IMG/VR virus record: IMGVR_UViG_3300045988_126112
Coordinates: 32,001 to 96,000 of that record
Length of the DNA: 64,000 bases
Direction: 5' to 3' (one strand)
Source of the DNA: a virus
A model generated the notes under the pieces. The model was not told where the DNA came from. It saw nothing but the letters and a program-made list of their open reading frames with translations, and searched no databases. Below are positions 17,187-26,158 of the stretch, in pieces; positions within the stretch are counted from its first letter, which is position 1; the number at the start of each line of letters is the position of its first letter. The translations under genes and the position numbers were made by a program.

Positions 17187-18920
17187 ATGTTATCACAAGC
17201 AGAATTCTTTAGAGAATTTAATAACGATACAAAAATCGAATTCAATGATGCTCTATTTGATAGAGATCAAGATGAAATAATGATGGAGCTGATGAAAGTA
17301 ATTTTATCAGCTCAAAGAGAACAAATATTTACAATAAAAGTATTATCATTTGTTATAAATGATGACCCAGATAAAATAGATAAGATATTAGCTGATTATG
17401 TAAATTATACAGAAAGAAATATTAAGAAAAAGAAACCAAATGAATATGAGTATGTAAATCTTAGAGATAGTGATGTAAGATTACTTACAGTACATTATCT
17501 TATAAAAGATAAGAATGATTCAGAAATACTTAAAGTTCATATATTATTACCAAGAATAGTTGATAAGTATTATTTTAGAATAGGTGGTAATATGTGGTTA
17601 GCTATGTTACAAATAGTAGATGGAAGCACATACAATAACTCTTTATCTAATAATCCAAGAAAAGCAAGTGTTACTTGTAAGACAGTAATGCCTTCAAGAA
17701 TATTTAAAAACTTTGGAACTTTAGAAGACATGAGTGGTGAAAATATAGAATGTGTATATTTTACTAGTAATATATTTAAGAAGACTTTACCATTGTTCAA
17801 ATATATATTAGCTAAATATGGATACTTTGATGGTAAAAGATTTGTTGAAATATCTGATATAGAATTGACTTCTGCACCTAGTACAAATAAAGAAGACTAT
17901 TGTGTTAAACTTAAAGATGGAATATATATTTCAGTTCCTAGATATTTGTTTGATAATGACCAAGTAGTTCAATCATTCTTTTATACTATGGCAATGAGTA
18001 TAATGAATGATAAAAGAGCAACTATGGAAAAGGTTATTACAAGAGATTATTGGTTAGAAGTTTTAGGAGCTGAATTTAAAACAGCTACAGTTAAAAAAGG
18101 ATTAGAATTACTTAACTCTTTAGAAGGTATATATGATATATCCACTAAGGAAGACTTAAGATTAGATGATTATACTAAAAGAAATATTTATTCTATCTTA
18201 TTGTGGATAGTAAGAGAATTTGCTAGACTAAAAGTAAAAGATAACCTTGATGTAAGACTTAAATATGTAAGATATGGAAAATATATAGCATCATTATATT
18301 CCATGAAACTTATAAAAGGTCTTAAGAGATTAACTGATAGTAAAAATAAAGTAGAGATAAAATCTATAGTAAGAGCTATAAAGACAAAACCTACATTCTT
18401 ATTAGATGAGATATGTAAGTGTAATCTTATAAACTATAGAAACTTGGTAAATGACCAAGATGCTTTATTAGCATTAAAATATTCATTTAAAGGTGTATCT
18501 GGTATAGGTGATAATAATAATAAATCTATACCTGATATATATAGACATGCACATTATAGTCATTTAGGAATATTAGATACAGATAGTAGTCCTAAATCAG
18601 ACCCAGGAATAAGTGGAGTTCTTTGTCCAATGATTAAACTTCATGATAATTATTTTACAGATTATAAGGAACCAGATTATTGGGAAGAAGAATTTAAGAG
18701 AACTTTAGATGAGTATAAACAAATGACTTCTAGGAAAGAAGTAATTAAGTTTAAACAAGAGTTAGGATTGAAAGTTGATAGTGAAGAATTGACAATCATA
18801 GAAAAGAACATCGAAATATCTAAAGGATTGATTGATGTTATCAAATTCAATTATGAAGATGAAAGACTAGCTAAGTTTAAACCAATAATAGATATGGGAG
18901 GAATGATTTATTTTGAGTAA
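17187..18920 (+). CDS. Multisubunit RNA polymerase beta subunit, N-terminal half
   Basis: [47 protein letters not shown] aligns by eye to beta LSALGPGGL...[39 protein letters not shown] resembles the FIINGxERV block. Confidence 0.7.
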   Translation: [577 protein letters not shown]

Positions 18921-19119
18921 AGTATATTTTATGTTTAGCTCTCAACAAGCTAATTTAAGAAAAGAAGTAGAAGGTTTTAAATACACTCCAGGAACAGTAT
19001 TAGTCAATGGTAGATATAAACAATATACTGAAATTGTCTCTGATCCTGATAATGCAACATATCCAGATGCCATAGTTGTGGCATCTGGAGAAAAATCTAG
19101 AATGATATATAGAAAGTAG
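18913..19119 (+). CDS. Hypothetical protein (68 aa), TTG start
   Basis: GGGAGG lies 10 nt before the TTG; 8-nt overlap with the upstream gene. Confidence 0.6.
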   Translation: MSKVYFMFSSQQANLRKEVEGFKYTPGTVLVNGRYKQYTEIVSDPDNATYPDAIVVASGEKSRMIYRK

Positions 19120-19128
19120 TTGGCGATT

Positions 19129-19299
19129 ATGAATAGTGTTGATTTATCTATGAATGATTTATATGTAATATCAATATTAGTTGCAGTAATATTAGCCTTA
19201 TCATTTGCATTTTTATATATGGTATATGAATCAATAAAACTATTGTTCTATATTGTTTATTATATCTTAATTGATGAAAACAATAAAAAGGATAAATAG
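19129..19299 (+). CDS. Hypothetical small membrane protein (56 aa), below the track cutoff
   Basis: MNSVDLSMNDLYVISILVAVILALSFAFLYMVYESIKLLFYIVYYILIDENNKKDK has two hydrophobic stretches. The SD is weak. Confidence 0.45.
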   Translation: MNSVDLSMNDLYVISILVAVILALSFAFLYMVYESIKLLFYIVYYILIDENNKKDK

Positions 19300-19317
19300 T
19301 TATATATTATATATGTG
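19300..19317 (+). promoter_or_regulatory. Class-A phage promoter-like motif
   Basis: TTATATATTATATATGTG, upstream of 19347. Confidence 0.55.
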
Positions 19318-19346
19318 TAATAAAATAATATATTGGGGGTAATAAT

Positions 19347-19682
19347 ATGAATTTACTTGAAAGAAGAGAACAAAGAAGAAAAATCAGAAGAAAGATAGCT
19401 TGGACAATGGCAACAATAGGAGTAGTATTTTTAACTGGTTCTGCTATATTAAATGCTTACAGTAGAACTCATGTAATGAAATATACAAGTAATGAATTTG
19501 ATGTAGTAGATAAGATAGAACTAGATACAGGATGGTTTGACCATCATGTAATATATGAAATTAGAGTAAAAGATACAGGAGCTCATTACTATCTAACAGA
19601 TAAAGGTGAATTAGTTCCTGTGTATGGCTTTAATGGAGATATTAAAACTAGTGAATCTTTAGACGAAAAGAAAGATAAATAA
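19347..19682 (+). CDS. Membrane-anchored hypothetical protein (111 aa)
   Basis: Arg/Lys-rich N-terminus then a TM segment (IAWTMATIGVVFLTGSAILNAY). GGGGGT SD; terminator downstream. Confidence 0.8.
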   Translation: MNLLERREQRRKIRRKIAWTMATIGVVFLTGSAILNAYSRTHVMKYTSNEFDVVDKIELDTGWFDHHVIYEIRVKDTGAHYYLTDKGELVPVYGFNGDIKTSESLDEKKDK

Positions 19683-19688
19683 AATAGA

Positions 19689-19722
19689 AAGCTGGTGGAG
19701 AAATTCACCAGCTTTTTTATTT
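19689..19722 (+). terminator. Intrinsic terminator
   Basis: AAGCTGGTG-GAGAAATT-CACCAGCTT followed by TTTTATTT. Confidence 0.8.
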
Positions 19723-19759
19723 GTAAAAATACGACAACTTTAAATAAAGAGGTGATAAT

Positions 19760-22468
19760 ATGAAAATAAATTATATACGTTTAGTAGGCTATATAGGTAT
19801 ATATAATGGAATGGGATTAGAAGATATTGCTATAGATTTCTCTAAAAGTAAATATAAGAAAGTAGTAATTAAAGGAGCTAATGGTAGTGGTAAGAGTACA
19901 TTAACAAAAGCTTTACATGTAATGCCAGATAGTAATTCATCTTTAATTCCTACAATGGAATGTAGAAAAGAGATTACATTAACTAATAATGATATAATGT
20001 ATAATATACAAATTATACATCCAATCACATCTAAAGGAGAACGTGGTCAAACTAAAGCTTATATACAAAAGATATCAGGAGGAGAAAGTATTGAGCTTAA
20101 TCCAAATGGTAATATAAGAAGTTATAAAGATGCTGTATTTACAGAATTGAATTTAGATCCTAATTTTATAGCATTAAGTCAACTTTCAGGAGAGAATAAA
20201 GGATTAGCATCTTTAAAACCTGCTGATAGAAAGAGATTTGTTAATTCTATTATAGGCAATATAAGTGCTTATAATGATTTAAATAAATCATTTACAAAGA
20301 AAGCTAATGAATTTAGAGCTATGAGAAACAGTATATTATCTAAAATAGATAATCTAGGAGATATAGATAAACTTAATATAGCTTTAAATAGTATAAATAT
20401 TAAGTGGAATATGCTCACTAAGGAAAAAGAAGATATATTACAAGCTATATCTTCTGAAAAAACTAAAATAAATATGCTTGATGAAGATAATAAAATTCAA
20501 GATAAGTTTAATATAGTTTCAAATAATGTAAATATTGCTAAACGTAACTTACAAGATTTGAATAAAAAATTGGCTAAGGAATCTAGTAAGTTTAATTGTG
20601 ATATAAGCAAAGAATCATTAACAGAGTTTCATACTCATTTATCTAATCAAGAATTAGAATTGCTATCAGATATAAATATAAATGAGCAAAAAGTAAATTC
20701 TTTATTGAATGATAGAGAAGAAGATGCTAAACGTTTACAAGAATTATCTGGTAAGCTTAAAGGATTAGAAAGCAATAGTAATAATAAAGATAAACTTAAA
20801 TCTTTAATTGAACAAACTAAATTAGATGTGAATAGTTATTCTAAGACTATATCTAATATGAAAATAAAAGATATCAATAATATATCAAAAGAAGAATTTA
20901 TATTAGCTTTAGATTCTTTACATGATATAGAAGAAATGGTTAGTAATCTTAAAGCATCTTATAATTATGATTTATTCAATTCTGCTTTATATTATATAGA
21001 AAATGGATTACAAGTTAAAACAGAATGGGATTCAGAGATATTAGAATCAAGTAAATTACTTGAATGTAAAAAGAAAGAATATATTGATTTATCTAATCTA
21101 AAAAGTAAAGCATCTATATTAGATAGTAGACCTAGTAAATGTAAAATAGATAGTTGCCCATTAATAAAAGAAGCTTTAGATATTCAATCTAAGTATAGTA
21201 ATTTAGACAATGATATTATTGAATTAAGCAATACAATTACATCATTAGAAATTCAAGTAGCTGAATTACGTAAGTCTAAAGAAACTTCATATGAAACTAA
21301 TAGATGTAAATCTGATATAGAAATGCTTATAAGATGTATAGATAGGAATGCAACTATAATAAGAAAACTTATAGTTGATGAAAAGTTTCTTGATACTGCT
21401 AGAATATTAGATATATTGAATGATAATAATATATTTAACGAATTACAAACTATATATTCGTATATAGATGCAGCTAATGTTATAGATTATTATAAGACAT
21501 CAGTAGAAAAACTTAAAGATTATACTAATGAATATAATATACTTGAACAAAAAGAATTTATAACTGATGGTATAGTTGAACAAATCAAATATACACAAAG
21601 TAAATTTGATGAGATTAATAAGACTATTAAAGAATGTAATAAGATTATTGTAGATAATAAGAATACTATTTCAACTAATAAATCTGTAATAATAGATGTA
21701 GAGTATATATTAAGTTTATATGAAGAAATAGAAAAGAATGAGAAACTTAAAGAAGATATGCTTAATGAGTTTGAAACTATAAAAAATTCAATGAAATCTA
21801 TTAAGCAATCAGTAGATAATATTGATATGCTTACTAATAGATTGAATCAAGTAAATAAAGAACTAGTACCATTAAACAATGAAAAAGATAGAGTACAACA
21901 TGCTATAAAATTATTAATAGAGTATCAAGAGGATTTAAAAGTTTATAATGAAAAGTATGAACTTATAGAAACTCTTAAGAAATATTCATCACCAACTACA
22001 GGTATACAAACTATATTCATAAATTTATATATGAATAAGTCATTATCATTAGCGAATAAGTTACTTCAACTTATGTTTGATGGTAAGTATGTATTATGTC
22101 AATTTATTATAAATGACCATGAATTTAGAATACCATGTATGGGTAGTGGATTATTGAATGATGATATATCATCTATGAGTACATCTGAAACTTGTATGAT
22201 TAGTATGATACTATCATTTGCAATTCTTCAACAAGCATCTACAGATTATAATATACTTATATTAGATGAAATAGATGGTGGGTTAGATACTCATAATAGA
22301 TTAACATTTTTAAATGTACTTGAAGAACTTATCAATATGCTTAACGTTGAGCAATGTTTCATTATATCTCATAATGATGAAATAAATCTTAAAGATTGTG
22401 ACATCATTATGTTAAAGAGTAATGGACAATATAGTAATATTGATGGAAATGTAATTTTTAAGTATTAA
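19760..22468 (+). CDS. Rad50/SbcC/SMC-like ATPase (902 aa)
   Basis: Walker A GANGSGKST at the N-terminus, a roughly 600-aa coiled-coil-like K/E/N-rich middle, and C-terminal Walker B/D-loop ILILDEIDGGLD. Confidence 0.7.
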   Translation: MKINYIRLVGYIGIYNGMGLEDIAIDFSKSKYKKVVIKGANGSGKSTLTKALHVMPDSNSSLIPTMECRKEITLTNNDIMYNIQIIHPITSKGERGQTKAYIQKISGGESIELNPNGNIRSYKDAVFTELNLDPNFIALSQLSGENKGLASLKPADRKRFVNSIIGNISAYNDLNKSFTKKANEFRAMRNSILSKIDNLGDIDKLNIALNSINIKWNMLTKEKEDILQAISSEKTKINMLDEDNKIQDKFNIVSNNVNIAKRNLQDLNKKLAKESSKFNCDISKESLTEFHTHLSNQELELLSDININEQKVNSLLNDREEDAKRLQELSGKLKGLESNSNNKDKLKSLIEQTKLDVNSYSKTISNMKIKDINNISKEEFILALDSLHDIEEMVSNLKASYNYDLFNSALYYIENGLQVKTEWDSEILESSKLLECKKKEYIDLSNLKSKASILDSRPSKCKIDSCPLIKEALDIQSKYSNLDNDIIELSNTITSLEIQVAELRKSKETSYETNRCKSDIEMLIRCIDRNATIIRKLIVDEKFLDTARILDILNDNNIFNELQTIYSYIDAANVIDYYKTSVEKLKDYTNEYNILEQKEFITDGIVEQIKYTQSKFDEINKTIKECNKIIVDNKNTISTNKSVIIDVEYILSLYEEIEKNEKLKEDMLNEFETIKNSMKSIKQSVDNIDMLTNRLNQVNKELVPLNNEKDRVQHAIKLLIEYQEDLKVYNEKYELIETLKKYSSPTTGIQTIFINLYMNKSLSLANKLLQLMFDGKYVLCQFIINDHEFRIPCMGSGLLNDDISSMSTSETCMISMILSFAILQQASTDYNILILDEIDGGLDTHNRLTFLNVLEELINMLNVEQCFIISHNDEINLKDCDIIMLKSNGQYSNIDGNVIFKY

Positions 22469-22550
22469 CCTTAAAGTAATAAAAATTCCATAATATTATA
22501 ACTCTTAGTTTAATGGTATGATATGTGAATAATTATTTACATAGATTAAA

Positions 22551-22587
22551 CCCCTAGCTATAATTAGCTAGGGGTCTTTTATTTTTT
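22551..22587 (+). terminator. Intrinsic terminator at the convergence point with minus-strand gene 22586..23521
   Basis: CCCCTAGCTA-TAAT-TAGCTAGGGG followed by TCTTTTATTTTTT. Confidence 0.8.
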
Positions 22588-23521
22588 AGTATAAATTTAA
22601 ATTACTATTATCTCCTACTATTATTAAAGGATAACTTGTATCTAAGTTAACATTTCTTGCAACATTTTCATTAGGATAAGGTATTGTATCTTCTAAGAAC
22701 ATTGGATCTGGTCTTGGAACATTTGGTATACTTTCTCCTGTAGACATATCCATTACATCAAAATGTCTTTCTCCTGTAACAGCATTTAAAACTAATACTG
22801 TTTTTATATTAGGATTACTTTCCATTCTCATAAAATTTTGCTCTGGAGTTAACATACCATTATCTATAGGTGATTGCCCACCTGCAGAAACTAATAAATT
22901 GGCTCCACCATTTTGGAAAGCCATTTGATTTGAACCTATACCACTTTTGAAAGTATTCATTGGAGCTTGTATAAATGCATTATACATATCCATTAAATAC
23001 TTATCATCATTATCAGCTGTAGCTTGTTGAGCTGATATTTCTTTCATACGTTTTAATTCAAGATTATGAGAATCTGTTATAGTTTTATTAAGTTCTCTTA
23101 TAGCTGTAATCTTTGTATTTATAAGATTACTTCCTATTCCTGTAAGGTCTGTAATATAATTATATTTATTTTTTAATGTTTTTGATGATCTTACATTTTC
23201 AATATCTTTCATCACTTGATTATTATACATATCAACTTGCATAATAGCTGTATGAAGCATATTATTAGTTTGATCGTAAGTGTTTAAATATGGGTCATTT
23301 GTTTGAGTCATTGATAAATTAGTTTGAGTATTTGCATCAAGTACTTCTACATTTTGTTTTTGTTGTTTTTCTTGTTCAGACTTTTTAGGTCTACCTCTTT
23401 TTCTTTTAGGTTTTTCTATTTCTCCTTCTTCTGCACTACCTATTTTAGCAGCTTTTCCTTTACCTTTAGTAAGGAAATCTAAATTTATAAGCTCACTAGC
23501 TTTAGTTGTTTTTTCACTCAT
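22586..23521 (-). CDS. Hypothetical protein with an AT-hook-like motif
   Basis: KPKRKRGRPKKSE has a GRP core flanked by basic residues. Likely start is the second ATG (23521), 7 nt after AAGGAGGA. It is a lone minus-strand gene between + strand blocks. Confidence 0.75.
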   Translation of the reverse strand: MSEKTTKASELINLDFLTKGKGKAAKIGSAEEGEIEKPKRKRGRPKKSEQEKQQKQNVEVLDANTQTNLSMTQTNDPYLNTYDQTNNMLHTAIMQVDMYNNQVMKDIENVRSSKTLKNKYNYITDLTGIGSNLINTKITAIRELNKTITDSHNLELKRMKEISAQQATADNDDKYLMDMYNAFIQAPMNTFKSGIGSNQMAFQNGGANLLVSAGGQSPIDNGMLTPEQNFMRMESNPNIKTVLVLNAVTGERHFDVMDMSTGESIPNVPRPDPMFLEDTIPYPNENVARNVNLDTSYPLIIVGDNSNLNLY

Positions 23522-23580
23522 TTTCATTCCTCCTTAAATAATCATTTAATGTTATGTTTCAATGATTAATTATGATATAA

Positions 23581-23598
23581 TCATATATTATATTCTGG
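23581..23598 (+). promoter_or_regulatory. Class-A phage promoter-like motif (variant 3' part)
   Basis: TCATATATTATATTCTGG, upstream of the DNA polymerase gene. Confidence 0.45.
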
Positions 23599-23618
23599 TA
23601 TACTTTTAAGATTATAAA

Positions 23619-23631
23619 AACAATATATTAA
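23619..23631 (+). promoter_or_regulatory. Class-L (AACA-type) promoter-like motif
   Basis: AACAATATATTAA, 38 nt before the DNA polymerase start; an identical 13-mer is at 33826. Confidence 0.3.
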
Positions 23632-23656
23632 TCAAAAAATTTGAAGGAGGTCCTGT

Positions 23657-25609
23657 GTGATGCTTAAAAAGTATATTGAAGGTTCAAATGTTAGTCTTTT
23701 AAATACAATGTATTTATATCCAAAAAGACAAGAAAATGGTAAATATGACCATGGGTCAATGACATTAGTTTATAAAGATTTAAACACAAATGAAAAACAT
23801 GTAGAATGTATTGATGACCCAGAAATAGAATATTATGTTTTAAATGAAGGTGAAAGAGTTCCACCTAAAGCATTATTTGTAGAGAAAGATAAAGTAACAA
23901 TGAAAACAAGTAAATTTAGAAATCTTGAAAGAGATTTAGCTAAACTTACTGGAAAGGAAGACTTTTATAAAGAAAATATCTATAATGGTAATAGATATAT
24001 GAATAGACATATTCATAGTGATAGTATAAACATATTCAATAGCGATATGAATATCAACGATTTTTATAGATACAAATTTGATAGACTGTATAAGAATAAA
24101 CCATTTAAACCTACTAAATCTTATTTCGATATAGAAGTTGATGGTTTACATCAAATGGGAGATTTCCCAGAACCAGGTGAATGTCCTATAAATGCTATAA
24201 CATATATAGATTCAGACCATATGTGTGTATTAACTTTATTACTTCGTAATGGTGCCGAACCAAATCCATTAATAGAAGAATTTGAAGATTCTGTAAATGA
24301 TGAATTATATACAAAATTAAAATCATTTATAAGAGAAAGAGTTGGTGGAGAAAAGAATGAAAGAAAATTTGGATTAGATAAAATGCAATATAAGATATTA
24401 TTTTATGACAAAGAAATACAATTAATATATGATTTCTTTAATATAGTAAATAAGTTTAAACCAGATTTCTTATTGGCATGGAATATGCGTTTCGACGTTC
24501 CATACATCATTCAAAGAATACTAAACTTAGGATATGACCCAGCTATAATAGCTTCACATCCAGATTTTGAACATAAACATTTTTCATATTATATTGATAA
24601 TAGAGCTGAAGAAGTTCCTGAAAGATGTGATGCTTGTAAAATATCTTCTTATAGTGTATATATAGATCAAATGATTCAATTTGCTTCAAGACGTAAAGCT
24701 AAGAAAGGAGCTTTTGCAAGTTGGAAACTTGATTATATAGGTGATGTAACTACAGGTATTAGAAAATTAGATTATTCTCATATAACTACAGATATAGCTA
24801 AATTACCATATCTTAATTATGAAGTATTTGTTTTCTATAATATAATGGATACAATTGTTCAATATTGTATTGAGCATAAAGTTAACGATGTTGATTTCTT
24901 AATCAATAAAGCTATGGTTAATAATACAAGATATGAAAAAGTTCATAGACAAACTGTATATTTAGCTAATAGAGCTACAAAGTTCTTTAATAATATGGAT
25001 TTAGTAATATCAAATAATAAGAATGTATTTAATCCTAAACCAACTGAAAAATTTCCAGGTGCTCATGTAGCTGATCCTAAGAGAGTAAATAATTATTCTA
25101 AAATGAAACTTAATGGTGTACCTATAATGATATTCCAAAACCTAGATGACTTTGATTATAAATCAATGTACCCTAGTGATATATCAGAATTTAATATAGC
25201 AACTAATACTCAAATAGGAAGAATACTTATAAAAGATAAAATATATGAAAATGAAAATCCATATAAATCTGAATATTATTGTAGAGAGGGAGCTTTCATT
25301 GAAGACTTCCATAGTCACAATTATATTGAATTCTCTCGTAGATGGTTTAACCTTGCTGGATATATAGATTTATGTAAAGATATTGAATATTACTTTAACT
25401 TTATAAGAAGACCTCAAGTTCTTCCTAGCATGACTTATGATGGACAAAAAGTAGTTATAAACTATTTAGGAAGAAAAGATGATAATCTTAAAGATGTAAT
25501 TACTTTCCATAAAACTAAAGAAGTTATACATTCCAATGAAGTTCAACCAGATATGACAGATATTATAAACAGTATCAATGTAAATCAAATAGTATATAAA
25601 GAAAACTAA
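23657..25609 (+). CDS. Family-B DNA polymerase, N-terminal part only (3'-5' exonuclease domain plus polymerase motif A)
   Basis: ExoI YFDIEVD, ExoII AWNMRFDVPYI, ExoIII VFYNIMDTI, motif A DFDYKSMYPSDI. No KxxxNSxYG (motif B) or DTDS (motif C) before the stop. GTG at 23657 or ATG at 23660 follows GAAGGAGG. Confidence 0.8.
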   Translation: MMLKKYIEGSNVSLLNTMYLYPKRQENGKYDHGSMTLVYKDLNTNEKHVECIDDPEIEYYVLNEGERVPPKALFVEKDKVTMKTSKFRNLERDLAKLTGKEDFYKENIYNGNRYMNRHIHSDSINIFNSDMNINDFYRYKFDRLYKNKPFKPTKSYFDIEVDGLHQMGDFPEPGECPINAITYIDSDHMCVLTLLLRNGAEPNPLIEEFEDSVNDELYTKLKSFIRERVGGEKNERKFGLDKMQYKILFYDKEIQLIYDFFNIVNKFKPDFLLAWNMRFDVPYIIQRILNLGYDPAIIASHPDFEHKHFSYYIDNRAEEVPERCDACKISSYSVYIDQMIQFASRRKAKKGAFASWKLDYIGDVTTGIRKLDYSHITTDIAKLPYLNYEVFVFYNIMDTIVQYCIEHKVNDVDFLINKAMVNNTRYEKVHRQTVYLANRATKFFNNMDLVISNNKNVFNPKPTEKFPGAHVADPKRVNNYSKMKLNGVPIMIFQNLDDFDYKSMYPSDISEFNIATNTQIGRILIKDKIYENENPYKSEYYCREGAFIEDFHSHNYIEFSRRWFNLAGYIDLCKDIEYYFNFIRRPQVLPSMTYDGQKVVINYLGRKDDNLKDVITFHKTKEVIHSNEVQPDMTDIINSINVNQIVYKEN

Positions 25610-25615
25610 TAAAGG

Positions 25616-25650
25616 AGCTATAGAGAGAAATCTCTATAGCTTTCTTTTTT
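25616..25650 (+). terminator. Intrinsic terminator
   Basis: AGCTATAGAGA-GAAA-TCTCTATAGCT followed by TTCTTTTTT. Confidence 0.8.
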
Positions 25651-25670
25651 GTAAAAGTTGATTCTTTCAC

Positions 25671-25688
25671 TTATATATTATAACTATG
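25671..25688 (+). promoter_or_regulatory. Class-A phage promoter-like motif
   Basis: TTATATATTATAACTATG, inside repeat cassette copy 1. Confidence 0.55.
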
Positions 25689-25723
25689 ACATAGATATAT
25701 AATATAAAAAAATATATTGGTAA

Positions 25724-25742
25724 GTATGTCGTGTAGGCATAC
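25724..25742 (+). other. 5'-UTR hairpin in cassette copy 1
   Basis: GTATGTC-gtgta-GGCATAC: 7 bp including one G-U pair. Confidence 0.55.
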
Positions 25743-25755
25743 AAATTATGTCAAG

Positions 25756-25769
25756 TTTTCTATGTTACT
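25756..25769 (+). repeat. Conserved 14-mer TTTTCTATGTTACT (copy 2 of 5)
   Basis: Exact 14-mer 26 nt before the ATG at 25795, followed by TGATATAAT. Confidence 0.8.
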
Positions 25770-25794
25770 TGATATAATAATAAGGAGAAAGAAA

Positions 25795-26145
25795 ATGAGA
25801 AATAGTTTAGTAGAAAGTAATAATACAGTAACAGTTGAAGATGAAGAAATAATAATGAATGTAATTAAATCTTCAGGATTAACAAACTACGCACAAATAG
25901 TAGGAGAAGAAATAGTTAAAGGAATCAACGAACTAATGGAAGAATTAGAAGAAGGTGTAGTTGGTGACAAAGACTTCAAAGTTAAATACATCGAAACTTC
26001 AATGAAAATAAAATCATCAAAAATAGGAATAAATGTATTTCATAAACTATTTGATGAAGAAGTGGATGACTTATATGAAAAAACTGACAGACTATCTAAA
26101 ATAATAGAAAACTTATTTAAAGAAGAATTATATGCTAATTTATAG
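25795..26145 (+). CDS. Hypothetical acidic protein (116 aa)
   Basis: TAAGGAGA lies 7 nt before the ATG at 25795. The track start 25717 lies inside the repeated 5'-UTR cassette. Confidence 0.75.
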   Translation: MRNSLVESNNTVTVEDEEIIMNVIKSSGLTNYAQIVGEEIVKGINELMEELEEGVVGDKDFKVKYIETSMKIKSSKIGINVFHKLFDEEVDDLYEKTDRLSKIIENLFKEELYANL

Positions 26146-26158
26146 GAGGAGTAATACA

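Larger units (their letters stand above)
25647..25781 (+). repeat. 135-bp intergenic promoter/5'-UTR cassette, family 2, copy 1
   Basis: About 90% identical by eye to 32455..32589: TTTTGTAAAAGT(T/C)GATTCTTTCACTTATATATTATAACTATGACATAGATATATAATATA...ATATATTGGTA...CAAATTAT(G/A)TCAAGTTTTCTATGTTACTTGATATAATAAT. Confidence 0.85.

Noticed and set aside
25756-25781. A host sigma-A-type promoter reading of TTTTCTATGTTACTTGATATAAT (extended -10 TGaTATAAT). The same reading applies at 32564-32589.
   Set aside because: No acceptable -35 hexamer lies at 16-18 bp (GTCAAG or TGTCAA). The other three copies of the 14-mer are not followed by a -10-like hexamer. TATAAT-like strings are very frequent in DNA this AT-rich. 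I kept it only as an unexplained conserved element.
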